Shown here: in pieces, positions 37,959-47,134 of the stretch
Numbering within the stretch: the stretch's first letter is position 1
How the letters are laid out: every line of letters begins with the position of its first letter
DNA from: a virus
Strand: one strand, 5' to 3'
Virus record (IMG/VR): IMGVR_UViG_3300045049_000286
Location: 32,001-96,000 of that record
Length of the DNA: 64,000 nt
Notes under the pieces: generated by a model
The model's input: only the letters and a program-made list of their open reading frames with translations
The model's database searches: none
What the model was told of the DNA's origin: nothing
Position numbers and translations under genes: made by a program

Positions 37959-38473
37959 CCGTGGACAACGGCCTGCCGGCGCCTGCGGGGCCGGACGAGA
38001 TCGACGGGGCCCTGGGGCGGGCGGCCCGTGTCCCGCGCAGCGACGACTGGCCGGCGACGCTGGACGCGTTCGTCGTCACCGCTCCGAGGTGGCATCCGTT
38101 GTGGAGCCAGTACCTGCTGGCGCTGATCACGCTGTCCGACATGCCCGGGGTGGGACCGGCCTACAGGGAGTTCGAGGGGGCGACCCACCAGGTCATCGTC
38201 ATGGCGATGGACCCCGACCACGGCCCTTACACCCCGGGCAGCTTCGCGGAGAACACGGTGCGGTACCTGCTCCCGGGCAACATCGGGCACCAGTTCAAGG
38301 CCACCGACGAGCAGGCCCTGGACGTCGTGGCGCTGTGCGCGCGGGCGGTGTGCGACGGAGTGCTGAACCCGGAGACGGCCGACGCCCCGGAGCGTACCCG
38401 TGCCGTGTGGGCCAGTGCGATCCAGCAGACCCTGGACCATGACTGCGATCCGCACCACGGGCGCATGAACTGA
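37955..38473 (+). CDS. hypothetical phage protein
   Basis: GAGGAGG RBS, GTGA overlap. Confidence 0.7.
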   Translation: MTVDNGLPAPAGPDEIDGALGRAARVPRSDDWPATLDAFVVTAPRWHPLWSQYLLALITLSDMPGVGPAYREFEGATHQVIVMAMDPDHGPYTPGSFAENTVRYLLPGNIGHQFKATDEQALDVVALCARAVCDGVLNPETADAPERTRAVWASAIQQTLDHDCDPHHGRMN

Positions 38474-38579
38474 GCGTCACCACGCGGTCCGCGCCGGCCA
38501 CTGTCGAATCGGGACAAACAGGGGCTACCTGCGAGTAGAAGTGGTCGGCGCCACCGGCGGGCATATACGCGGAGCGTGA

Positions 38580-38771
38580 CTACTTGTCGGGCTTCGCGGC
38601 CTGCTCGTAGCCGCATTCCGTGCATTGGATGTGCGGGACGCCCTCGGCTGCGAGCTTGAGCTGCTCCCCTGCCAGGGAATGCGTGCCCAAGTTCTTCGCC
38701 ACCAGCCGGAAGACGATGCGCAGGGTGGTCTTCTTGCAGGTGGGGCACGGGATCTGGTCGAGCGAAGGCAC
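38580..38771 (-). CDS. small Zn-ribbon protein
   Basis: CPTC...CTEC; AGGAGAGG RBS. Confidence 0.65.
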   Translation of the reverse strand: MPSLDQIPCPTCKKTTLRIVFRLVAKNLGTHSLAGEQLKLAAEGVPHIQCTECGYEQAAKPDK

Positions 38772-38890
38772 GGCGGCCTCTCCTGTCGGTCGTGTCGGGC
38801 CATACGGCCCACGGCGTGTTCCGCACGACATTCTGCGACGACATTCACGCGAGGGGTAGGTTGCGCATTATGGGTGAAACGGGCGTAGCG

Positions 38891-39220
38891 ATGACGGACG
38901 AGCAGCGCGCGGTCCTGGCGGCGGCCTGGAAGCTGAACGAGGCGTTCACGGTGGTGGGGCTCGCGACTCAGTCGAGGATCGCGGTGTCGCAGATCAACAA
39001 GGCCCTGGGGGTGTTGTCGCTCAAGGCGCTGGTGCGGGCGGTGCCCGCGCCTCCGGAGGGCGGCGCGCGCACATACGTGGTGACGGATCTGGGCAGAGCG
39101 GAGATGGAGCGTTGGGAGAAGTACGGCCGCTGCGAGCGGGAGCTGCAGTTCCGGGCGAGCTTGATCCGCAGGACGCGGATGGCCGTCCCGTTCCCTGGAA
39201 GCCGGGGAGCACGTCGGTGA
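38891..39220 (+). CDS. winged-helix DNA-binding protein
   Basis: HTH then wing pattern (L..KALV....RTYVVTDLG). Confidence 0.6.
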   Translation: MTDEQRAVLAAAWKLNEAFTVVGLATQSRIAVSQINKALGVLSLKALVRAVPAPPEGGARTYVVTDLGRAEMERWEKYGRCERELQFRASLIRRTRMAVPFPGSRGARR

Positions 39221-39690
39221 CGCGGTGGCTGTGGCGGCTGCAGGCGTGGCTGAACCGCCGCCAGTACCTGTCCACCGCGTGCTCGGCCGGCGACCACGAG
39301 AGCTGCCGGCTGATGAACACCTACACCGCGCAGTCGTGCGTGTGCGCGCGCTGCCACCACCAGCCGCGCCTGTTGTCGGTCGAGGCGGACTGCGGGCCGT
39401 GGCTGCACACGAAGAACCAGCCGCTGCCCGACGGTTTCGAGGTGGACGACTTCGAGTACCACGACGACTTCTTCGGGGTCCGCAAGGAGCTGATAGACGA
39501 GGCAGTGGCCGAGTTGCGCGAGCTGGGCATCCTGGGCAGGTACGCGGTGCCGCCGGCGGTGATGCGGAACGTGGTGTGGCACGTGCTGGAGCGGGTGCTG
39601 TCCACGATGGTGCCGCGCGCCGGCTACACCCCGCCGCAGGCGCAGAAGCTGCCGAGACTGCCCGAGCAGAAGGACCGCCGGGGGCAGTAG
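39217..39690 (+). CDS. hypothetical protein
   Basis: GGGGAG RBS, GTGA overlap. Confidence 0.65.
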   Translation: MTRWLWRLQAWLNRRQYLSTACSAGDHESCRLMNTYTAQSCVCARCHHQPRLLSVEADCGPWLHTKNQPLPDGFEVDDFEYHDDFFGVRKELIDEAVAELRELGILGRYAVPPAVMRNVVWHVLERVLSTMVPRAGYTPPQAQKLPRLPEQKDRRGQ

Positions 39691-39965
39691 CCTCACGGAC
39701 GCGCATTTTCTCTCCGCTACGGGCGCGTCACGTTCGGACATTTTCGGTCGGGTGTGGAGCATTGTCGGTACAACGTCTTCCACGGAGGTGTGGAGTGCAT
39801 GGTGCCTACGACGACTACCGCGACCGACTCGGACAGTGGCAGGGACAGCCTGGCGGCCATGCTGCGCCGGATAGCGGTCGGCGAGCCCCGGTTGCAGGTG
39901 GCGTGGGAGGTGGCGCCGGACGGGACCGCCAGGTGTGTGTTCCAGATCCTGGCAAAGGTCCCGAA

Positions 39966-40361
39966 GTGACCGAGCAGACCCCAGAACCGGCTGCGTCGGC
40001 CGGCATGAACCGGGACCTGGGCGACGTCCTCGGGTCGGCGGCCCGGCTCCTGCGCGCCACCAACCCGGTCTACCGCGAGGTCGCCCGGCTCCTGGACGTC
40101 CTCACGAGGCTCTTCCCCGCCTACATCTCCCACACCGACCCCGAGCTGCCCGACGGGCCGCTTCTGATCCTGGACACCCCGGAGGGCCAACTGTCCTGGC
40201 CCATCTCACCGCTGGACCTGCCGATCTTGGACCACGTGCCGGTGATCGAGGGCATCGAGCCGGACGGCGCCACCGGCGAGGAGAAGTACGAGCGGCTGCG
40301 GACGCTGTGCACGAAGCTGCCGAAGATGACCTACGCACACCCCGTGTACGGGCAGCCGTGA
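39966..40361 (+). CDS. conserved phage protein (TPxGQLSW...DG...EKYERL type)
   Basis: Motif recognition. Confidence 0.65.
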   Translation: MTEQTPEPAASAGMNRDLGDVLGSAARLLRATNPVYREVARLLDVLTRLFPAYISHTDPELPDGPLLILDTPEGQLSWPISPLDLPILDHVPVIEGIEPDGATGEEKYERLRTLCTKLPKMTYAHPVYGQP

Positions 40362-40521
40362 CCCGCTACCGTTGACCACGGCTCCTCCCCCGGCATCCAT
40401 CTGCTGGGAGAGGATCTGGGCCCCCACCGCGTCGACACAACCTGGTGGGGGCCTTTCGCATTACCGGACCGAAAACCGACCTCTTGACGCTGGAGCCGTG
40501 CTCGTGTCAAGGGGGTCTGAA

Positions 40522-40824
40522 ATGCCGCTGGTCCAGCGCCCGCACTACGGGTGGCAGGCGTTCCAGGAGATCCTTCCCGGCACTGCCACCGGTGGTCCTC
40601 GTTCCACGCTCGCGGCCGGCTGGCCGACCGAGCTGCCGGGGCCGCAGCAGATGTCCGCCGCGCGCGCCGCGTCGCTGCCCCGCCTGCCCAACCAACCCGG
40701 CACCTCCCCTGTGCGCGGCCGGCCGAAGCCGGCGCAGCTCGGCCTTGGGCCAGGGACGGCGCCGACGGGCGAGCCGAGCATGGGCAACGGCCGCGTCAGC
40801 ATCTTCATGTCCTCCGCGTACTGA
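40522..40824 (+). CDS. Pro/Gly-rich hypothetical protein
   Basis: AAGGGGG RBS. Confidence 0.55.
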   Translation: MPLVQRPHYGWQAFQEILPGTATGGPRSTLAAGWPTELPGPQQMSAARAASLPRLPNQPGTSPVRGRPKPAQLGLGPGTAPTGEPSMGNGRVSIFMSSAY

Positions 40825-40847
40825 CGGGGGCCGGGACAGTGTCAGCG

Positions 40848-41021
40848 ATGCCTGCCGGCGGCGTGCCGGGTGACCGCACGAGCGAGGGCTTCTGGAAGCC
40901 CCCCAACTCCCCCGGGCCTGTGGCGGATAGGCAGTGCCACTGCTGTGCGTGCTGTATCGCCGGCGGATGTCTCCCCGGCTGTCTGTGCCCGTGCCCCTGC
41001 TGCGAAGAGAGGTCACCATGA
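40848..41021 (+). CDS. tiny Cys-rich (metallothionein-like) peptide
   Basis: CHCCACCIAGGCLPGCLCPCPCC; stop overlaps next ATG. Confidence 0.4.
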   Translation: MPAGGVPGDRTSEGFWKPPNSPGPVADRQCHCCACCIAGGCLPGCLCPCPCCEERSP

Positions 41022-41509
41022 GCACCGGCACCGACGGCGTCGTGCACGCGCACACCCAGATGATGACGCTGCACCTGGCCCAGCACGTCGAGGATCACGC
41101 CCCTCGCGAGGGCGACCCCCACTACCGGCTGTTCGAGCAGGCCAAGGCCCGGCTCAAGCGCCAGGGGCTGTGGCGGTGCGTCATCGACGACGAGCTGTGC
41201 GATGGCCAGGTCGAGCTGCACCACTCCGTCGCGGAGTTCTCCGAGATCAACGCCATGGACCGCGACAAGGTCGCCAAGGCCCTCGGCTTGCACTTCGAGG
41301 ACGACGAAGACTTCGCCAACTGGGCTCAGAGCCCCGGCAACCTCGAATGCCTGTGCACTGCCCACCACCGCACCCGGTACGGCATCCACGTCCTGCCCGA
41401 GCCGCTGTGGCTGGCCGTCCGGTACAAGAAGGCCGGCGTCCAGGCGCCGGCCGAGTTCATCCCAGCGCGGGAGATCGCCGCTGAGGGTACGCATCGGGCG
41501 GGTGAGTGA
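41018..41509 (+). CDS. HNH-like endonuclease-fold protein
   Basis: C-x6-C...ELHH...NLECLCTAHH...H. Confidence 0.65.
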   Translation: MSTGTDGVVHAHTQMMTLHLAQHVEDHAPREGDPHYRLFEQAKARLKRQGLWRCVIDDELCDGQVELHHSVAEFSEINAMDRDKVAKALGLHFEDDEDFANWAQSPGNLECLCTAHHRTRYGIHVLPEPLWLAVRYKKAGVQAPAEFIPAREIAAEGTHRAGE

Positions 41510-41778
41510 TGACGTCGCCGTTGCCAGACCCCGGTGTGTTCATCTCCACCGCCCAGATGTACGCGCAGCTCCAGGGTGTGAACGAGACGGTCCAGCGCAT
41601 GGACGCGAAACTCGACGCTTTGGCGACCCAGTCCGCGCAACTCGCGGACCACGAAGGCCGGCTGCGGCATCTGGAGGAGCGCCGGCTGCCCCAGTCCACG
41701 CTGTCGTGGCTCTCCCTCGCCATCGCGGCCGTGGTAGGCGTACTGTCGCTCGTCGTCCCGCTGATCGGGCACAAGTAG
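41506..41778 (+). CDS. coiled-coil protein with C-terminal TM (lysis-cassette type)
   Basis: DHEGRLRHLE + hydrophobic tail. Confidence 0.7.
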   Translation: MMTSPLPDPGVFISTAQMYAQLQGVNETVQRMDAKLDALATQSAQLADHEGRLRHLEERRLPQSTLSWLSLAIAAVVGVLSLVVPLIGHK

Positions 41779-41784
41779 CGAGAA

Positions 41785-41816
41785 GCCCCCTCCCGCTGTC
41801 AGCGCCGGGAGGGGGC
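41785..41816. terminator. hairpin
   Basis: GCCCCCTCCCG/CGGGAGGGGGC. Confidence 0.55.
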
Positions 41817-41972
41817 CTGTGGGTCGAGCCCGCCTCGTGGGCCCTCGCGTAGCCACCGGCGGCACGGCACGCGGTCGCCGGCGGCTACGACACGGCCAGG
41901 GCTGCATGGTGTGAGGAACCGTCCCGGCCGCGCATCACGAAGCTAGCATATGCAGCTACGCTGCGTGCATAT

Positions 41973-42185
41973 TCAGCCGAGGAGGAAGTCGAACTCGCCG
42001 GCCTTCACGCCGGCGACGAACGCCTTGATCTCGTCGAGGTCGTAGATGACGGCGTCGGCGTCGATGCGGGTCGAAGCAACTGCGATGTTGCCGGCCGGCG
42101 TGCGGCGCATCTTGACGCACTGCTCGTTCGGGTCACTCGCGCTCGCCTTGAACCAGCCGTCGCCGAGATGGGTAGCGTTGCTCAT
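41973..42185 (-). CDS. DUF397 domain protein
   Basis: WFKASAS....CV......AFVAGVKAGEFD. Confidence 0.88.
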   Translation of the reverse strand: MSNATHLGDGWFKASASDPNEQCVKMRRTPAGNIAVASTRIDADAVIYDLDEIKAFVAGVKAGEFDFLLG

Positions 42186-43045
42186 GAGGGCATCACTTTC
42201 TTGATCAAGTCACGAGTGTCTTCTGGAGACAGAGCGTACTGCGCCAACCGGTCGAAGAGACGCCTCAAATCACGGATTTCTCCGGGCCTGTCGGTGAAGA
42301 CGACGGTCTTGGCCAGGCTGCGCGAGGCGACAGGCTTCACGTCGGGGTTGCCGAAGTCGAACAGGCTGAACGGGAAGGCATAGAGCGCGGGTGCGCCCTC
42401 GGAGTTGGGGATGACCCGAAGGTGCACGTTGTGGCGCTCGGAGACCTCCAGCAGGTGGCGCAGTTGGGCGCGATGTGCGACGGTGCCGCCGACGGCCGCA
42501 TGCAGCGTCACCTCCAGCATCATGGCGTGGATGATCGGTGCGCCTCTGCGGGTGACGACCTCGGTGCGCAGCTCCCGCGCTTCGAGGAAGGCTTCGCGCT
42601 GCTTGGGGGTGTCCTTCTCGCGGGCGAACTCGGCGAGGCCCTTCACATACTCCTCGGCCTGCAGCAAGCCGGGGACGAAGTTTCCGCCGAAGGTTCTGAT
42701 CTCGGTCGCGGCATCCTCGAAGCCGAAGATGTCCATGCCCTCGGTGAAGACACCGTTGAAGCGTGGGTGGTCATACCACCGGTCGCTCAGGTTGGCCGCC
42801 TGCTCCCACATGCCTTCGAGCCGGCCGCGTGCGCGGTTGTCGACGTCGAAGAGGTCGAGCAGCGCCGTCAGCTCGTCCCGAGTGGGGAGGGCGCGCCCGT
42901 TCTCTACGCGGGAGATCCAGTGCTGGCCGCGTTGGACGCGCGCGCCGACCTGGGCCTGCTGCAAGGTCGTCTTCTCGGTCCGGAGCTTGCGCAGGGCCAT
43001 GCCGAACTCGCGCATCGCGATCTGCGACTTCGGGCTGGCTGTCAT
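42182..43045 (-). CDS. Xre-family HTH regulator with DUF5753 domain (WhiJ/Scr1-like)
   Basis: FG.ALRKLR...ISRVENG HTH; VPGLLQ..EY, QLRHLL, LRVIP, ALSPEDT motifs; GGAGG RBS. Confidence 0.9.
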   Translation of the reverse strand: MTASPKSQIAMREFGMALRKLRTEKTTLQQAQVGARVQRGQHWISRVENGRALPTRDELTALLDLFDVDNRARGRLEGMWEQAANLSDRWYDHPRFNGVFTEGMDIFGFEDAATEIRTFGGNFVPGLLQAEEYVKGLAEFAREKDTPKQREAFLEARELRTEVVTRRGAPIIHAMMLEVTLHAAVGGTVAHRAQLRHLLEVSERHNVHLRVIPNSEGAPALYAFPFSLFDFGNPDVKPVASRSLAKTVVFTDRPGEIRDLRRLFDRLAQYALSPEDTRDLIKKVMPS

Positions 43046-43123
43046 GGGCCTCCGTCCTATCGGGGGGTCGTCTGAGCTGGTCAAAAGATCACCCTCTTGG
43101 GGGCTTTTCGTCGAGAGGATGCG

Positions 43124-43152
43124 GCATATTTTTCGTTTCGTCTTGCATATGC
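43124..43152. promoter_or_regulatory. paired GCATAT sites in the xre/HATPase divergent promoter
   Basis: GCATATTT at 43124 and GCATATGC at 43145, 21 bp apart. Confidence 0.6.
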
Positions 43153-43271
43153 AGCGGCATCATAGGAGAGTCGAACACGGACGGCTCCAACTCCGCTACG
43201 GATGGCGAGATCTGATCATCTGTCGGGCTTCACGGAGTCGATGGTGTGTTCGGATCTTGATCGGAGTCGCC

Positions 43272-43706
43272 GTGAGCCTCGTGCTGCCCCAACCCACCGC
43301 GCAAGCCTATCTGTACCCCTACGCGCCGGAGTCCGTAAGCCAGGTCCGCGCCCGCGTACGCGCCACCTACCACCGGCTCGACTCAGACCACCTGGCCCGG
43401 GTGGAGCTGGCGGCGAGCGAGCTGGCCACGAACGCGGTACGGCACGCGGCGCAGCCCGGGGAGTGCTTCGCGCTCCACTGCCACGCGCCGGACCCGAGGG
43501 ACGGGGTCGTCAAGGTGGGCGTCGTCGACCACAGCCAGGACGGGCCGCTGTTCTACGCCCTGGAGCTGGTCGACACCGAGGAGGAGGGGCATCGCGGGCT
43601 CGGCATGGTGCAGCAGATGGGCTCGATAGTCCGGTGGCGGCTGGTGGACGTCGGGAAGGTCGTCGAGGTCCTGGTGCCGGCCGCCGCCAAGGAAATCGCG
43701 TGGTGA
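43272..43706 (+). CDS. HATPase_c / anti-sigma-factor-like ATP-binding protein
   Basis: SELATNAVRHA, VVD, GHRGLGMV, GKVV motifs. Confidence 0.88.
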   Translation: MSLVLPQPTAQAYLYPYAPESVSQVRARVRATYHRLDSDHLARVELAASELATNAVRHAAQPGECFALHCHAPDPRDGVVKVGVVDHSQDGPLFYALELVDTEEEGHRGLGMVQQMGSIVRWRLVDVGKVVEVLVPAAAKEIAW

Positions 43707-43905
43707 GGACGCATTTTCTGGAGGAACTGTGGGTGAGAACGCAGGCAGCGGTGAACTGGCGGAGACGTTCTGGGAGCCTTGGATGGCCGGGCACCGTGGC
43801 GCCCAGCCGTCCCCGGGGGAGGCCAGCCGGCCGAAATGGAGGCCGAAGGCGCCGCAGCCGGCCGAACCGCCGGCCGAGCCGGAGCAGGAAGAGCGGCAGT
43901 AGACC

Positions 43906-43939
43906 GAAGAGGGACGCCTCCTGGGGAGCGTCCCTCTTC
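43906..43939. terminator. hairpin between convergent genes
   Basis: GAAGAGGGACGC/GCGTCCCTCTTC. Confidence 0.65.
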
Positions 43940-43949
43940 TCGCGCCCGG

Positions 43950-44483
43950 CTACTCGTTGATGCGGCGCGGCTTCTTCGGTGTCCCCTGGGCCAGGAAGTC
44001 CCCGAACAGCTCGACGATGCGGCGCGGCCGGAAACGCTCGTCGGACTTGATCAGGTCGCCGAGGGTCCACCACCGGTGCCCGAGCATGGTCTTCTTCTCT
44101 GTCTTGGACAGCTCGACCGGCTTCTGCTTCGCGCCGCGCTTGAGGTGAGCGATGTAGACGTAGTCCTCGCGATCGTGTCCGTTTCGACGGGACTTGCAGA
44201 TCCATATCGGGCCCTTGACGCGGCCGGCGAGGTCGGTGGGCGCGTAGCCGGACTCCTCGCGCAGCTCGCGTTCGGCGGCCTCCAGCATCGACTCGATCGG
44301 GCGCCCGTCGTCGTCCTTCTTGATCTTGCCTCCGGGGAGCTGCCACTCCACGGACTGCATGTCGTACCAGTCGCGGGCCTGGACCATGAACACGCGGTCG
44401 AGGTCGTCGACCAGGAGCAAGCGCACACGCTTTTTCGGCGGCCCCTTGTCGGGCTTGGTGTGCTGGAACTTCTTCTCGCCCAC
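43950..44483 (-). CDS. NUDIX hydrolase
   Basis: WQLPGG...ES..EAAERELREESG Nudix box with a short insertion. Confidence 0.88.
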   Translation of the reverse strand: MGEKKFQHTKPDKGPPKKRVRLLLVDDLDRVFMVQARDWYDMQSVEWQLPGGKIKKDDDGRPIESMLEAAERELREESGYAPTDLAGRVKGPIWICKSRRNGHDREDYVYIAHLKRGAKQKPVELSKTEKKTMLGHRWWTLGDLIKSDERFRPRRIVELFGDFLAQGTPKKPRRINE

Positions 44484-44485
44484 GG

Positions 44486-44719
44486 TTACACCTCCGGCGG
44501 CCGGTGCGGCTCGGTGCAGGTGCAGCCGTCGACCGGGTTCCAGGAGGGGCAGACGCTGACGACGCCGGCGGTGCCGCAGCCGCAGGGCTGGTTCCACCAG
44601 GTCTCGTCGCAGCCGCAGGCGTCGTTGTCGTGCCAGGCGGTGACGGGACGGCGGCAGCTCGTGCAGACCAGGTAGGGGCTCGCGAACTCGATGGCGGTGT
44701 GCGTACGGGTGTGGATCAT
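44486..44719 (-). CDS. small Cys-rich hypothetical protein
   Basis: GAGGAG RBS; many Cys/Trp. Confidence 0.6.
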   Translation of the reverse strand: MIHTRTHTAIEFASPYLVCTSCRRPVTAWHDNDACGCDETWWNQPCGCGTAGVVSVCPSWNPVDGCTCTEPHRPPEV

Positions 44720-44998
44720 CTACAGCTCCTCGCGCGCCAGGCGGCGCTTCCACTCGCGGACCAGGGCGAGCTGGCCGATCGCGCCGGTCTCCAGTTCGTC
44801 CAGGACCGCGTCGGTGTCCGGGGCGGTGCGCCAGGTCTCGGTCAGGCGCATGGAGTGTCCGAGGATGGCGAGCATCCACTCATCGGCCTGGCCGGCGGAC
44901 AGCTTCGCGGCCCGCTGTTTGGCCTTGTCCCAGAAGCGGTGGCTGGTGGCGGGGTCGTCCATGGCGGCGCGCCGGCGCGGGCGGAATTCGCTGAACAT
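44720..44998 (-). CDS. hypothetical protein
   Basis: AGGAGG RBS, TGATG overlap. Confidence 0.65.
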   Translation of the reverse strand: MFSEFRPRRRAAMDDPATSHRFWDKAKQRAAKLSAGQADEWMLAILGHSMRLTETWRTAPDTDAVLDELETGAIGQLALVREWKRRLAREEL

Positions 44999-45294
44999 CA
45001 GGCGTCGGCCTCCTGCTCGGCGGCGGCCTTGAAGAACCGGTCTGTGAACTGCTGGGCCTCGCGGTCCCACTCGACCGGCCGGTAGCGGCCAACGTCCCAG
45101 GAGCCCAGCGCGAGGCGCAGTGCCTCGTCGGGGTCGGCGATGCGGCGGGTGACGCGGCCGAAGACGATGCCGAGGCGGAAGAGGCGGATCACGTGGGCTC
45201 GGTCGGCGCGGCGGTAGGGGGCCTTGGTCTCCTGGTGGTAGGTGACGTAGTGCAGCGGCCACTTCTTCCCGCAGCGGGTCGTCGTGATGATCAT
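44998..45294 (-). CDS. hypothetical protein
   Basis: AAGGA RBS. Confidence 0.6.
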   Translation of the reverse strand: MIITTTRCGKKWPLHYVTYHQETKAPYRRADRAHVIRLFRLGIVFGRVTRRIADPDEALRLALGSWDVGRYRPVEWDREAQQFTDRFFKAAAEQEADA

Positions 45295-45302
45295 CTGGGT
45301 CC

Positions 45303-45983
45303 TTACCAGGTCGCGGGGGTGTAGGGCTTGGCGTTGAGGACGGAGTCGATATAGCGGCCTGGTGAGGCGGTCGACTGGAACGCGGCCCATTCCTGCGGGG
45401 AGACGTTGTAGTACTCGTAGCCGACGCCGTCGGCGAAGCTGCTGGGGCCGACCTTGGGGCCCCGGAAGCGCACGAACAGGGTCTGGCTTTGGTAGTCGTA
45501 GCCGGCGGCCAGGGTGCGCGGCCCGTACCAGGGCTTGCCGAAGTTCTTCGCCTGGGGGGCTGGCCAGGTGGTGTTGGTCGGACGCAGTGTCAGGAGCTGG
45601 GAGTCGTCCTCGAACCACTCCGCGCGGCGCAGCGCGGCGACCGTGGCCGGCGAGAGCTTGCTGGAGGCTGCGTCGATGTAGGCGCGCACCTGGACCGGGG
45701 TGTAGCCGGGGCGCGAGTTGATGCTGGTGGGGGTGCGCTGGGACTCGAAGGTGCGGCGCTCGGCGCGGGACTTGCGCGGGGTCACGCCCGTGTTGCGCAG
45801 GCGTTCGGCGCGCTGCTCGGGGGTCTCGCGGGCGCGGGGGTTGAGCGCGTTGCGGATGGTCCCGAAGATGCTGTTGCGCGGGTTGGGCTTGCCCTTGTTG
45901 CGGTTCGCGGCCGGGTTCTTGCCCTTCATAGGGTCTCGGCCGGCGTTGTTGCCGCCTGCTCCCTTGCGCCGGGCGCGTGCCAT
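45303..45983 (-). CDS. KTSC-domain protein with basic N-terminal extension
   Basis: AGYD....LFVRF...YEYYNV....W..F....SPGRYI. Confidence 0.8.
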   Translation of the reverse strand: MARARRKGAGGNNAGRDPMKGKNPAANRNKGKPNPRNSIFGTIRNALNPRARETPEQRAERLRNTGVTPRKSRAERRTFESQRTPTSINSRPGYTPVQVRAYIDAASSKLSPATVAALRRAEWFEDDSQLLTLRPTNTTWPAPQAKNFGKPWYGPRTLAAGYDYQSQTLFVRFRGPKVGPSSFADGVGYEYYNVSPQEWAAFQSTASPGRYIDSVLNAKPYTPATW

Positions 45984-46051
45984 GACGAAGCCCTCCCGTT
46001 CCCTGTCCGATCGGTTCACGGTAGGGAGTGAGGGCTTTTCGCGGATATTCG

Positions 46052-47134
46052 TCAGGGGGCCTGGGTGCGCCAGTCGGGTCCGAAGATGTTGGGGTGGACG
46101 CCGGTGGTGAGCAGGTTGGCGGTGTTGTAGTACTTCATGGTCATGCGTGGGTCTTCGTGGCCGACGTAGCGGGAGAGGCGGTGGATGGTCAGGACGTCTC
46201 CGGGCTGGGTCAGGCCCAGGGTGATGAAGGTGTCGCGGGCCATGTAAGGGTTGACGAGTTCGCCGGCGGCGGGCTGGATGCCGGCGGCTTCGCCGAGGCG
46301 GTAGAAGAGCCGGCGGATGCCGGAGGTGTCGAGGGCGTTCTGTTCGAGTTCCCCGGTGTCCTTGTTACGGATCTTGCGGCCGAGGAGGAACGGCCCGCTC
46401 GTGCGGCCGGCGAGGCAGCGGTCCAGGATCGGGTAGAGCTTGTAGCCGAGGTCGATGGTCTGCCAGTAGCCGCCGCCTTTCTTGACGCGCATGAGCTTGA
46501 GGGTGCGAATCTTCCCGCCGGCGCGGGTGCCGAGGTTCTCCACGCGGGCGAGGTGCATTTCCTCGGGGCGCATTCCAGTTCCGAGGAGCATGGCGACGCA
46601 CAGTTCGCTGCGCGGGTGGTCGTCGCGGGCGGCCTCGTACAGGCTCCAGTACTCGTGGGGCTGGAAGATGTCCTTCGCGCCGATCTCGGCCGCGCTGCCG
46701 CGTGGCTTACGTCCGCGCTGCTTGGGGACGGGGTTGAACTGGACGAACTCGCGGTGGCGTTCGGTGAGGTAGTCGTAGAACTGGGAGATCGCGGTGCGGG
46801 CGTGGTCCTTGTTCTCCTTGCCGTACGGGAGGCGTTCGCATTCCTCGACACAGGGTCCGGGGTGGTGGGTCCAGTGGTTGGAGGAGAGGTACTCCAGGTG
46901 CTGGTCGATGTCGTCCGGGCTGGCGTCGTAGGGGTGGAGCATGGGCCAGCGGTCGAGCCAGGCGACGTAGATTCGCAGGTGGCGGCGGTACACGCGGGCG
47001 GTCTCGGGGCTGTAGTCCTTGGTGAAGGCCGCGATCAGCTCGTGGGCTTCGGTGCGCTGGCCGGGAATGCGGATGCGTCGGGTGGCCCACGTCGGCCTGT
47101 ACTCAGGACTCTGAGTGGTCGTCATGTGCTCCAT
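46052..47134 (-). CDS. tyrosine recombinase (XerC/D-like)
   Basis: YSPETARVY SAM-like N-domain, TGMRPEE, KGG, PYMARDTF, VGH.....T.KY. Confidence 0.9.
   Translation of the reverse strand: MEHMTTTQSPEYRPTWATRRIRIPGQRTEAHELIAAFTKDYSPETARVYRRHLRIYVAWLDRWPMLHPYDASPDDIDQHLEYLSSNHWTHHPGPCVEECERLPYGKENKDHARTAISQFYDYLTERHREFVQFNPVPKQRGRKPRGSAAEIGAKDIFQPHEYWSLYEAARDDHPRSELCVAMLLGTGMRPEEMHLARVENLGTRAGGKIRTLKLMRVKKGGGYWQTIDLGYKLYPILDRCLAGRTSGPFLLGRKIRNKDTGELEQNALDTSGIRRLFYRLGEAAGIQPAAGELVNPYMARDTFITLGLTQPGDVLTIHRLSRYVGHEDPRMTMKYYNTANLLTTGVHPNIFGPDWRTQAP

Noticed and set aside
38490-38553. Intergenic stem containing GATTCGAC on the minus strand (tmRNA-like)
   Set aside because: Too short, with no T-arm, CCA or tag ORF; probably a terminator-type structure between convergent genes.
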